From the NCBI GenBank assembly GCA_018679295.1, contig JAHHLP010000570.1, positions 1 to 36,907 on the forward strand: a stretch of DNA of 36,907 nt, given 5' to 3'. The number at the start of each line of letters is the position of its first letter. Within the stretch, counting starts at the first letter, position 1. The DNA is from Rhodothermia bacterium. Lineage in GTDB: Bacteria; Bacteroidota; Rhodothermia; Rhodothermales; JABDKH01. A program made the translations under genes and the position numbers. The notes under the pieces were generated by a model. That model ran no database searches and had not been told where the DNA came from. It saw only the letters and a program-made list of their open reading frames with translations. Positions 1 to 8,565 of this stretch are shown piece by piece.

Positions 1-20
1 CCAAGGCGATCGTCGGTGGC

Positions 21-1016
21 TTGGCGCGGAAGTTTAACCATTTTGGATTGATTTTGCACGGTGCGCATGACCATCAGCATTCAATTGGTGGAGCTGACCG
101 ACCGGATCGGCGCCGGCTTGCCGCATCTATCGCGCTCAACCTCGCTATCACCGTCGCCGAAGTCATAGGCGGTATCGTTTCCGGCAGCCTGGCCTTGCTG
201 TCCGATGCTCTCCACAACTTCACGGACACGGCGTCGCAAGTAATCAGCTATGTGGCGCAGACTATTTCAAGAAGAGGTGCCAACCCCCAGCACACGTTTG
301 GCTACGCCAGATTTGAGGTAGTGGCTGCCTTTTTCAATCTGGTGACGCTGTTTGTCGTGGCAGTCTTTCTGGCCAAGGAGGGAGTCGAGAGACTGATCGA
401 CCCGAATCCCATTCGCGGCGGTGTGATGCTCGGCGTGGCCGTCGCGGGCCTCCTCGTGAATGTGGCTTCGGCACTCCTGCTCCGACGCGACGCGCGCCAC
501 AGCCTCAACATCCGATCCGCTTACCTGCATATCGTAACCGACGCCGTGTCGTCGGTGGCTGTCGTTGCGGGCGCCGTAATCGTGATAACGTTAGGTTTTC
601 AACGGATCGACCCCATCCTGACGATTCTCATCTCGGGATATATCATTTATCACGGCTATGGGATGCTGAAGACGACGACCCGGATTCTGATGAACAGCAC
701 GCCGCCGGGCGTCAATCTCGAGGATGTCATTGGTGTGATTCGAGACACGCCGGGCGTAAAGGGAGCACATCATGTTCACGTATGGCTGATGGACGAAAAC
801 ACCGCTGCGTTGGAGGCTCATGTCGTGATCGAGAGCGTTGATCTGGAGGCGATGGAGCGCATCAAGGCCCGGATCAAGGATCGCCTGGTCGAGGAATTCT
901 CTATCAGGCACTCCACCCTCGAGTTCGAGCACGAAGAAATTCTGGATCGAGCCAACTGCGAGGACGTCCACGGCGATGTCAACACACTGCACCACACGAC
1001 TAACCGCCCGACATGA
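21..1016 (+). CDS. Cation diffusion facilitator (CDF) family divalent-metal efflux transporter, CzcD/ZitB-like
   Basis: 331-aa ORF with a His-rich N-terminus (HGAHDHQH) and about six hydrophobic helices. Two HxxxD metal-site motifs (ALHNFTD and LHIVTDA) and a C-terminal cytoplasmic domain with HHVHVW. The called start is TTG and the frame stays open to the window edge, so the true start may lie upstream. Confidence 0.85.
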   Translation: MARKFNHFGLILHGAHDHQHSIGGADRPDRRRLAASIALNLAITVAEVIGGIVSGSLALLSDALHNFTDTASQVISYVAQTISRRGANPQHTFGYARFEVVAAFFNLVTLFVVAVFLAKEGVERLIDPNPIRGGVMLGVAVAGLLVNVASALLLRRDARHSLNIRSAYLHIVTDAVSSVAVVAGAVIVITLGFQRIDPILTILISGYIIYHGYGMLKTTTRILMNSTPPGVNLEDVIGVIRDTPGVKGAHHVHVWLMDENTAALEAHVVIESVDLEAMERIKARIKDRLVEEFSIRHSTLEFEHEEILDRANCEDVHGDVNTLHHTTNRPT

Positions 1017-2581
1017 AGAGAGAGGAGATGATCACCCGTGTTGAGTCGTCAGACACTCCCTGGGACGTATTGATTGTTGGTGGTGGAGCTACAGGACTGG
1101 GGGTGGCTGTGGAATCGGCCTCTCGCGGCTATGGGACCTTGTTGCTCGAGATGTCCGACTTCGCAAAGGGTACTTCAAGCCGAAGCACCAAGCTCGCGCA
1201 CGGAGGAGTTCGTTACCTGCGTCAAGGCAACGTGTCCCTGGTTCTGGAGGCACTCAAGGAGCGAGGAAGACTCCTCCGGAATGCCCCCCACCTGGTCCGA
1301 GACCTCCCGTTTGTGGTCCCGGTTTACGACTGGTGGGACGGGCCGTTTTACGGCATTGGGCTTCGTCTGTACGATCTGCTGGCGGGGCGAGAGGGCTTTG
1401 GTGCGTCCCGCAACCTAAGTCGCGACGAAACGCTACGGCGTTTGCCGACGATCGAGCCGGAAGGCCTGCGTGGGGGTGTGGTCTATTATGACGGGCAGTT
1501 TGACGATGCGCGGCTTGCCATCAATCTTGCTCAGACAGCTGTAGACCTTGGTGCCACCATCGTTAACTACGCGCGGGTGACAGACGTGACTCATTCTTCC
1601 GACGTGGTGAGCGGAGTCATCGCCGTCGACCTGGAGTCCGAGGCTGAATACGAGATATCCGCCCGCGTGGTAATCAACGCAACGGGGGTCTTCACCGATT
1701 CGATTCGCTCAATGGACGACCCCGAAGCTCAGCCTATGGTTCAGGCGAGTCAGGGGATTCACATTGTGGTCGACAGTTCTTTCATGCCGGGCGACTCGGC
1801 GATAATGGTGCCCGAAACGGACGACGGCCGGGTGCTGTTCGCCATTCCGTGGCACGATCGGATCGTCATCGGAACCACGGACACGCCAGTCGACAAGCCG
1901 ACGCTCGAACCACGCCCGTTCCGCGAGGAGCTGGAGTTTGTGCTGCACCACGCGGCTCGCTATCTGACCAAGGACCCATCACCTTCAGACGTATTGAGCA
2001 CTTTTGCGGGTCTGCGGCCGCTCGTCGGCAGTTCCGACGAAGGAGAGACATCCGAGATCTCGCGAGATCACACGGTCCACATATCCCGATCAGGATTGGT
2101 AACGATTACCGGTGGGAAGTGGACGACCTACAGAAAGATGGCCGAAGATACGATCGACCAGGCCTCTATCGTGGCGCAGCTCGAGGAGCGACCCTGTGTT
2201 ACGCGCGAGATGCGCATTCATGGCTGGGTCGAGGATCCTGATGAGGAGAAGGAGTATGGTGTCTACGGTGCCGATGCACCCCTTGTCGCTCAGATTTGCC
2301 GTGAGGTGAAGCGGGGCGAGGAGTACCTCCATCCATCGCTGCCGTATCGGCGGGGCGAGATCATCCATGCCGTCAGAAATGAGATGGCACGAACGGTCGA
2401 CGACGTCCTTGCGAGACGACTCCGAGCACTCCTTCTCGACGCGAGAGCAAGCATTGAGGTCACACCCTTGGTAGCCGCAATGATTGCCGGCGAATTGGGT
2501 CTGGGTGATGACTGGATCGACGAACAAACGGAGTCCTTCCGCGACCTTGCCAGGGGGTACCTCGTTCCCTCATCGATTTAG
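1013..2581 (+). CDS. glpD: FAD-dependent glycerol-3-phosphate dehydrogenase
   Basis: 522-aa ORF with an N-terminal dinucleotide-binding fold (DVLIVGGGATGLGVAVESASRG). It is followed by SSRSTKLAHGGVRYL and YYDGQFDDARL, which are typical of GlpD/GlpA-type enzymes. The length fits GlpD with its C-terminal helical domain. The ATG overlaps the upstream stop (ATGA). Confidence 0.85.
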   Translation: MKREEMITRVESSDTPWDVLIVGGGATGLGVAVESASRGYGTLLLEMSDFAKGTSSRSTKLAHGGVRYLRQGNVSLVLEALKERGRLLRNAPHLVRDLPFVVPVYDWWDGPFYGIGLRLYDLLAGREGFGASRNLSRDETLRRLPTIEPEGLRGGVVYYDGQFDDARLAINLAQTAVDLGATIVNYARVTDVTHSSDVVSGVIAVDLESEAEYEISARVVINATGVFTDSIRSMDDPEAQPMVQASQGIHIVVDSSFMPGDSAIMVPETDDGRVLFAIPWHDRIVIGTTDTPVDKPTLEPRPFREELEFVLHHAARYLTKDPSPSDVLSTFAGLRPLVGSSDEGETSEISRDHTVHISRSGLVTITGGKWTTYRKMAEDTIDQASIVAQLEERPCVTREMRIHGWVEDPDEEKEYGVYGADAPLVAQICREVKRGEEYLHPSLPYRRGEIIHAVRNEMARTVDDVLARRLRALLLDARASIEVTPLVAAMIAGELGLGDDWIDEQTESFRDLARGYLVPSSI

Positions 2582-2756
2582 GAGGCGCCGTAAGGCCCGT
2601 CGTCCTCGCGATGCCGCATTTGGAAGGGATAACAATGGTGGCCGGTCCTCCCTGGCTGTATCCGCAAGTCGCAGCCATCCATCTGAGGTAGTCAGTACCT
2701 GGCGGCGGCCCGCCTCGCGCGCGGTTTGCGGGTCAAGCAAGGACTACCGCTGGACG

Positions 2757-4022
2757 TCAGGCTGCCTTCGAGAGGACGTGATCCATCATGCGGAATAGTT
2801 GCTGCTTGGTAAACGGCTTTCCGATATAGCCGTCAAAACCGGCCTGAAGAAATCGCTCGCGGTCGCCCGGCAGCGCGTAAGCCGTTACGGCGATAAACGG
2901 CGTGGTTTCGTAGCCGCTAAGCTTGCGGATATTCAGCATCACGTCCACACCGGTCTCGTCCTCTCCAAGGTTGATATCCATCAGCACGGCATCAAACTGG
3001 TTTTCGCGGGACAGATTCAATGCCGTGGTCCCGTCCGAAGCCGTCGACACTTCGCAGCGACTGCTCAGAAGGTGTTGAAGAAGAATGAGCATGTCCGGGT
3101 TGTCCTCAACCGCGAGGACGCGGGGCTTCTCCTCTGGCTCTGACTGCTCATCGGACGTCGTGACAGCGGAACTGTTCGTTCGGCGGTCGGCCTGCACGAC
3201 TTGTGCGAACGTGTCTGCGGCAGAATTGTCGATGACACCGGGTATTGTGACGAGGAATGTGCTTCCTCGACCGGGCTCCGATTGCACGGCAACTTGACCG
3301 TTCATCAAATCAACCAGCCGCTTCGTGATGGTTAGGCCCAGTCCGACGCCGTCATAGCTTCGAGCCACGTCCGCCTCCTGACTGAACGCGTCGAACATTA
3401 CCTCCTGAAACGATGGCCGGATACCGATGCCGGTATCAGAGACGCGTATCTCCAGAGCCGAGCCGGCAGTTGTTACTTCGAGTTCGATGGATCCGTTATC
3501 AGTGAACCGAATCGCATTCTCCAGAAGGTTGTGCACGATCCGGTCGATAGCGGTGCGGTCTACTGTAGCTACGAGATCCTGTGCTTCGTAGTGAACCTTG
3601 AGCTCTATGCCTTTTTCCTCAGCAGCTCTCTTTAGGCCGCCTATCTCCTCCTCGATCTGCTGAACAATATTGACCTCATCGAGATGGAGCTTGTAGCTGC
3701 CTTCCTCGAGCATCGAGAGGTTGAGAATGGAATTGAGCGCGTCCATGAGCCGCTTGCCGCTGCGCTCGATAAATCCCAGAAACTTGCCGTGGCGCTCGGA
3801 CAGTTCTTCCTCGAGAATCGACGCAAAGCCGACGATGGCGGCAAGCGGGGTACGGATCTCGTGACTTAGGTTAGTCAGGACGGTCGACTTCATCGTCCCC
3901 AGCTTTTCCGAATCGGAGAGCATTCGCTCGAGATCTGCTACTCGGGCTTGAAGTTCGTCGACGCGGCTGCGTCGGTCCGGAGCCGCTGTGGCACCGGCTA
4001 TAGGTTCTCTTTCCTGCTGCAT
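2757..4022 (-). CDS. Hybrid sensor histidine kinase/response regulator, cytoplasmic, no recognisable sensor domain
   Basis: 421-aa ORF. A short coiled-coil N-terminus (DELQARVADLERMLSD) runs directly into the H-box LSHEIRTPL. N-box HNLLENAIRFT, G-boxes SDTGIGI and GVGLGLTI. C-terminal receiver domain (RVLAVEDNPDM, DAVLMDINLG, GKPF). No TM helix seen. Confidence 0.85.
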   Translation of the reverse strand: MQQEREPIAGATAAPDRRSRVDELQARVADLERMLSDSEKLGTMKSTVLTNLSHEIRTPLAAIVGFASILEEELSERHGKFLGFIERSGKRLMDALNSILNLSMLEEGSYKLHLDEVNIVQQIEEEIGGLKRAAEEKGIELKVHYEAQDLVATVDRTAIDRIVHNLLENAIRFTDNGSIELEVTTAGSALEIRVSDTGIGIRPSFQEVMFDAFSQEADVARSYDGVGLGLTITKRLVDLMNGQVAVQSEPGRGSTFLVTIPGVIDNSAADTFAQVVQADRRTNSSAVTTSDEQSEPEEKPRVLAVEDNPDMLILLQHLLSSRCEVSTASDGTTALNLSRENQFDAVLMDINLGEDETGVDVMLNIRKLSGYETTPFIAVTAYALPGDRERFLQAGFDGYIGKPFTKQQLFRMMDHVLSKAA

Positions 4023-4205
4023 GGGAGTCCGGCTTGAAGGACGGTTGGCGGTTTTCGGCGGTGCTGCCGAGGCAGATCGCGTCTGGTGGGACAGGACAGC
4101 GCGCCGGAATCACGAATTAGTTGCAGTATCGGCGAAGAGGAGACGAACAAAAGTCAGGAATTTCCGGTGGCAGACGGAAGGCAACTTATCCCTCAGCCAC
4201 TCTGG

Positions 4206-4976
4206 TTATCCTTCGTTCGAGGCTGTTCCGAAGGGCTTCTCGAAGAACATGAGATGCTGCCGTGGCAATATGTCCAGCGTCTTGGTCCAGCCGAGTCCCA
4301 CGTACTCCATTTCCTTCCGCGCTTGTGCCTCCGTGAGCCGGTGCAGGGTCGAGAGAGGAAGTGTTTCATCCTCGCCGCGGTACTCGGCAAGCGCTACCCT
4401 GCCGCCAGGCACGAGAGCAGCCTCGATTTGCCGCATCATCTCATATGGATACGAGAACTCGTGGTAGGATCCGACTATCAACACCAGATCCACGGAAGCC
4501 GCAGGAAGATTGGGGTCGTCCGCCTCCCCCTGAATTACCTCTACGTTGTCGTATCCCTGAGCCTCGGCGCGCGCGCGAAGGTCGACCAGCATCTCGGGCT
4601 GAATATCAACGGCCAGCACCCGGCCATGGGGAACCATGTCTGCGATACGAAACGTGTAGAAGCCGGTACCGGCGCCGATGTCCGCCACGACGTCGGACGG
4701 CTTCAAGTCGAGCGCTTTGACGAGTCTCTCAGGGAACTCCGCCAGTTCTCTCTCCGGCCTGTCCAGCCACGACGCTATCTCACGGTGTGACCTAATTCGA
4801 GCGATTTCCCGACCCAGATAGTAGCGCCCCGTCCCCAAAGAATCGGATGGCTCAAGCTCCCGATAGTGACTGGCGGGCGCATCCTCCGCACCACGACACC
4901 CGATCCAGCCGGTGCAAATCAGCAGAATGGCAAGAGTCCCAGAGCCACCCTTCATCGAAACCTTGATCATGCGCAT
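4206..4976 (-). CDS. Class I SAM-dependent methyltransferase with N-terminal signal peptide/possible lipobox
   Basis: 256-aa ORF. Motif I VVADIGAGTGFYTFRIA, motif II RVLAVDIQPEM, later DLVLIVGSYHEF. The N-terminus GSGTLAILLICTGWIGCRGAED looks like a secretion signal with a Cys candidate for lipidation. Exact start among several Met codons is uncertain. Confidence 0.75.
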   Translation of the reverse strand: MRMIKVSMKGGSGTLAILLICTGWIGCRGAEDAPASHYRELEPSDSLGTGRYYLGREIARIRSHREIASWLDRPERELAEFPERLVKALDLKPSDVVADIGAGTGFYTFRIADMVPHGRVLAVDIQPEMLVDLRARAEAQGYDNVEVIQGEADDPNLPAASVDLVLIVGSYHEFSYPYEMMRQIEAALVPGGRVALAEYRGEDETLPLSTLHRLTEAQARKEMEYVGLGWTKTLDILPRQHLMFFEKPFGTASNEG

Positions 4977-5171
4977 TCCCTATCCCTTCGAGGTCAGGAA
5001 AGATACTAACACGATCTTCTCGAAAATGCCGAATGCACGCACCTTTGGTCGGCTTAAGGACTATGTGCCACGGTCGATTTTTTGAGTGTCCGTCCCGGCT
5101 ATTGGTTCCATTCCTGTGCCGCCGACATAATTCCCGCCAGCCACATCAGAATCCGCGCCGGAGAGCCACCG

Positions 5172-8021
5172 ATGTTTCCAAAAGTGCAGCCTTTGACCTG
5201 GGGTGGACTGCGTGGGAAATTCATGCTCTTCATCGGTACCCTGCTCTTCGTGATCACAGGCGCCCTCACGCTGATCAACTTCAAGTACCAGCAGCGGACG
5301 ATCACGGACCGAGAAGCCGGCAAGGCACGTGCCCTCGCAGAGGTAATCCGCGCTACGGTGAGGGAAGACATCCTGTCGCTAAATCAAGATCATCTTGATG
5401 AGCATCTTAGTGCGGTCAAGGCGGTACCCGAGGTACTGTACGTCTATGCCTACAACGGCGAGGGTCACATTCTCGCCGATGGCACGCCCGAGAACAAGTT
5501 TCGCGGCATCCTTCTGAAGGACAAGACGAGTCTGCGCAGCGTTACCGCTCACGAACCGCTTCTACAGTTCGAGGACGACCTGCTCGATGCAACAGAACCA
5601 ATACTCGCCGGCGAAGACCTCCTTGGCGGCGTCCGAGTTGGCTACTCACTTGAACAGCTCCGAAGCGACATTGCGTTTGCGCGGAATCTGAGTTTCGGGG
5701 TTGGGACCATACTGAGTATTCTCGCTCTACTCCTCTGCTACATTTTGACGAAGCGGATAACTGACCCCCTGATGGAGGTCACCGAGGCAACCGAAGCCAT
5801 TTCCGATGACCGTTTCAAGGAGCCGCTCCGCATTCGATCGGGTGATGAAATCGAGTCTCTTGCCAACGCGCTAAACCGAATGGCGCGATCACTTAAGGGG
5901 TCTCGCGAAGCACTGATCAAGTCGCGAGAGTACACGGACAAAATCATCGCCTCGATACTCGACATGCTTGTCGTAACCGACTTGTCCGGTGTTATCAGCA
6001 GGGTGAACGACGCGACGTGTCAAACGCTCGGTTATGAGCGCAACGAACTTGAGGGAGAACATATACAGAAGATCATACACGCGTCCCCTTTCGCGGCCGT
6101 CAACCCCGGCAAGCATCCCGAGGGACCGCACGTCTTTGTGGGTGAGAAATGCAACTTCACGACGAAGGACGGTCGCACGATCAAGACATCCTTCTCCGGT
6201 TCGATTATCTATGACGACGATCAGGAGGTTGCGGGCTATGTCGGACTGGCGCAAGACATTACCGATCGACTCGCCGCCGAGAACGAACTTCGCATGCGGG
6301 CGATGCAGCATACCGCCGTAGCCGAACTGGGGCAGTTAGCCCTGTCAAGTCCCAGCTTGCAGCAGGTCATGGATGAGGCCGTACAGCATGTCGCGAACAC
6401 TCTTGATGTTTCTCACAATTCCGTCTGTGAGCTTCTGCCCGAAAAGAATGCCCTGCTGCTTCGTGCCGGCAAGGGTTGGCCGGAAGGCGTCATCGGCAAG
6501 GCGTGGGTGAGCGCAGATATCGATACGCACTCCGGATATACGCTGTCGGTGAACCGGCCGGTGGTGCTGATGGATCTCGCTACCGAACAGAGATTCAAGG
6601 GAGCACCCCTGATGCGCGAACACAATCTTGTGAGCGGCGCAAGCGTGGTGATCCACGGTAAAGACGGCCCATGGGGAGTCCTCGCAGCACACGCGCAGGT
6701 AAGACGCAACTTCTCCGAAGACGATATCAACTTCCTGCAGTCCGTCGCGAACATCATCTCAACGTCGATCGAACGGCATCGTCAAGAGGAGGCGCTGATC
6801 GAGGCCAAGAACGAGGCCGAAGAGATGTCGCGACTCAAGTCGTCCTTCCTTGCGAACATGAGTCACGAGATACGTACCCCTCTGACGATAATGATCGGAT
6901 ATGCCGAAGCTCTCACCGAGATGGTGCCCGATGGTGTCCGGGCGTTTGCCGAGCGCATCGAGCAAGGCGGTCACCGGCTTCTCGCCACGTTGAACTCAGT
7001 CCTCGAGTTGTCACGGATACAGGCCAAAGAACTCAAGCTCAATCTTGAAGACATAGACATCTCCGAGGAAGTCGAGCTCGCATCCCGCCTTCTCAATGAG
7101 ATGGCTAGTGCAAAGGACTTGGATCTGCGGTTCGAGCGCCCCGAAGAGGTCTCGCTCGCCCGGATCGATAAGGGCTCGCTGCAGCGAATCATCGACAATT
7201 TGGTCGGAAACGCCATCAAGTTCACCAGCAGAGGCCATGTAGAACTCAAGGTGTACGAAGACGCCACCAGAGTCTACATGACTGTCGAGGATACGGGGAT
7301 CGGCATCGGACAGGAGTTTCTTCCGTATCTGTTTGACGAATTCAAGCAGGAATCCACCGGGGAGGCACGTTCCCACGAAGGCAGTGGCCTCGGTCTGACG
7401 ATCACTCGCCAGATGGTTGAAATGCACGGCGGACGCATCACGGTTGAGAGCGAGAAGGGTGTCGGCACCAAGTTCACGGTATGGTTCCCCAAGATTGCCA
7501 GCACGTCTTCGCGTCCGGCCGGAATCAAGAGAGCTGGCGACAGAAAACCTTCAGCTTCGAAGCGGTCGCGCGACCGGGCCACGTTGCCAACCCGTCGAGC
7601 GCTCGTGCTCGATGATTCACTCGAAACGCGGGAGCTGATTCGCTTCTTCCTCGAACCTTTCTTCGACATGACTATCGTGGAGTCGGCCGACGCCGTCTTC
7701 AACAGCACATGGGAGGGCACCTTCGACATCGTGCTCCTCGACATAAACATTGGCGACGAGGAATGGTCGGGCCTCGACGTTATGGCGGTACTCCGCAAGC
7801 TTCCCGAGTACGAGAAGATCCCGATCATTGCGGTTACGGCCTATGCTCTGCCAGGCGATGAGCAGCGATTTCGGGAGGCAGGGTTCGACGGCTACCTTTC
7901 AAAGCCGTTTGTGAAGGCAACGCTGCTGGGCGAGATCGAGCGGCTACTCGGGGCCCTGGATGAGGAGGAGCCGTCGGAGCGCCTCGACAATCGGACGGGC
8001 GCAGCCGGGACGGCGGCGTAG
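5172..8021 (+). CDS. Membrane-bound hybrid sensor histidine kinase (TM-periplasmic loop-TM-HAMP-PAS-GAF-HisKA-HATPase_c-REC)
   Basis: The track ORF starts at 5082, but the ATG at 5172 is preceded by GGAGAG and is followed by TM1 (FMLFIGTLLFVITGALTLINF). After a ~170-aa loop come TM2 (LSFGVGTILSILALLLCYIL) and a HAMP-like segment (ITDPLMEV...LANALNRMARSL). PAS-like and GAF-like regions follow. H-box MSHEIRTPL, N-box DNLVGNAIKFT, G-boxes EDTGIGIG and GSGLGLTI. A basic Ser/Arg-rich linker leads to a receiver domain (RALVLDDS, DIVLLDINIG, SKPF). Confidence 0.85.
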   Translation: MFPKVQPLTWGGLRGKFMLFIGTLLFVITGALTLINFKYQQRTITDREAGKARALAEVIRATVREDILSLNQDHLDEHLSAVKAVPEVLYVYAYNGEGHILADGTPENKFRGILLKDKTSLRSVTAHEPLLQFEDDLLDATEPILAGEDLLGGVRVGYSLEQLRSDIAFARNLSFGVGTILSILALLLCYILTKRITDPLMEVTEATEAISDDRFKEPLRIRSGDEIESLANALNRMARSLKGSREALIKSREYTDKIIASILDMLVVTDLSGVISRVNDATCQTLGYERNELEGEHIQKIIHASPFAAVNPGKHPEGPHVFVGEKCNFTTKDGRTIKTSFSGSIIYDDDQEVAGYVGLAQDITDRLAAENELRMRAMQHTAVAELGQLALSSPSLQQVMDEAVQHVANTLDVSHNSVCELLPEKNALLLRAGKGWPEGVIGKAWVSADIDTHSGYTLSVNRPVVLMDLATEQRFKGAPLMREHNLVSGASVVIHGKDGPWGVLAAHAQVRRNFSEDDINFLQSVANIISTSIERHRQEEALIEAKNEAEEMSRLKSSFLANMSHEIRTPLTIMIGYAEALTEMVPDGVRAFAERIEQGGHRLLATLNSVLELSRIQAKELKLNLEDIDISEEVELASRLLNEMASAKDLDLRFERPEEVSLARIDKGSLQRIIDNLVGNAIKFTSRGHVELKVYEDATRVYMTVEDTGIGIGQEFLPYLFDEFKQESTGEARSHEGSGLGLTITRQMVEMHGGRITVESEKGVGTKFTVWFPKIASTSSRPAGIKRAGDRKPSASKRSRDRATLPTRRALVLDDSLETRELIRFFLEPFFDMTIVESADAVFNSTWEGTFDIVLLDINIGDEEWSGLDVMAVLRKLPEYEKIPIIAVTAYALPGDEQRFREAGFDGYLSKPFVKATLLGEIERLLGALDEEEPSERLDNRTGAAGTAA

Positions 8022-8410
8022 GCCCGGGGTGACGACATTCGTCATTGCCGCCTCTCCCTGTCATTGCCGCCTCTCCCTGTCATTGCCGCGCAAGCGGCAA
8101 ACCATACCCTCAAACAATCCATGGGCCCCCGGTCAGGCCCGGGGTGACGACATTTGTCATTGCCGCCTCTCCCTGTCATTGCCGCGCAAGCGGTAAACCA
8201 TACCCCTCAAACAACCCATGGGCCCCGGGTCAGGCCCGGGGTGACGACATTCGTCATTGCCGCGCAGCTTGTCCTCGCGACCGCGAAGGGCGGCAATCAG
8301 AGGGCCTAAGGAGCCCGCAGCCTTTGCATGGGCCCCGGGTCAGGCACGGGGTGACGACATTTGTCATTGCCGCGCGGCCTGTCCTCGCGCACGCTGTGGG
8401 CGGAATCCAG
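8021..8410. repeat. Array of four structured intergenic repeat units (REP/MITE-like or structured RNA leader)
   Basis: The 31-nt core GGCCCGGGGTGACGACATT(C/T)GTCATTGCCGC occurs at 8021-8051, 8136-8166, 8233-8263 and 8343-8373 (the last has one extra mismatch). Copies 2-4 are preceded by CATGGGCCCCGGGTCA. Each unit contains hairpins CCCCGGG-tcagg-CCCGGGG and TGACGA-cat-TCGTCA. Copies 1-2 also have TTGCCGC-gcaa-GCGG(C/T)AA. A 19-nt sub-repeat CTCTCCCTGTCATTGCCGC is present twice in copy 1 (8052-8070, 8071-8089) and once in copy 2 (8167-8185). Confidence 0.9.
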
Positions 8411-8456
8411 CGCCTTTCCAGTTAACCCCGAGCCCCTCAATTCCCCGGGAATGCAC

Positions 8457-8485
8457 TTTATCTTCCGTGCCGCCCTCTGTATTAT
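8457..8485 (+). promoter_or_regulatory. Candidate sigma70-type promoter for the downstream secreted-protein locus
   Basis: TTTATC (8457-8462), 17 nt, then TATTAT (8480-8485), about 80 nt upstream of the ATG at 8566. The -35 match is weak, and FCB-group promoters often follow a different consensus, so this is tentative. Confidence 0.2.
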
Positions 8486-8565
8486 CCGTACCAGCATTCA
8501 TCACGCCTTTCTCGGGGCGTACCCCAACGCACGTCTTGAAAACACACAGTGGCCGAAGAGCGCAC

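Noticed and set aside
5082-5171. Upstream start for the large hybrid kinase (track ORF start at 5082)
   Set aside because: The extra 30 residues are not signal- or TM-like. The ATG at 5172 has a GGAGAG ribosome-binding-like sequence and is immediately followed by the first TM helix.
8021-8410. Possible CRISPR array (31-nt repeated core with intervening sequence)
   Set aside because: Spacing is irregular (115, 97, 110 nt). The supposed spacers are themselves homologous between units (shared CATGGGCCCCGGGTCA and CTCTCCCTGTCATTGCCGC segments). There are only four copies, and no cas genes are in the window. It is better described as a REP/MITE-like or structured-RNA repeat.
8045-8565. Track ORFs reading through the repeat array (8045-8425, 126 aa; N-terminal extension 8257-8565 of the 829-aa ORF; 7960-8196)
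   Set aside because: Their repetitive peptide sequences (VTTFVIAASPCHCRASGKPYP...) simply translate the DNA repeats, and several overlapping frames are open at once. The downstream protein has a clean signal peptide starting at the internal Met at 8566.
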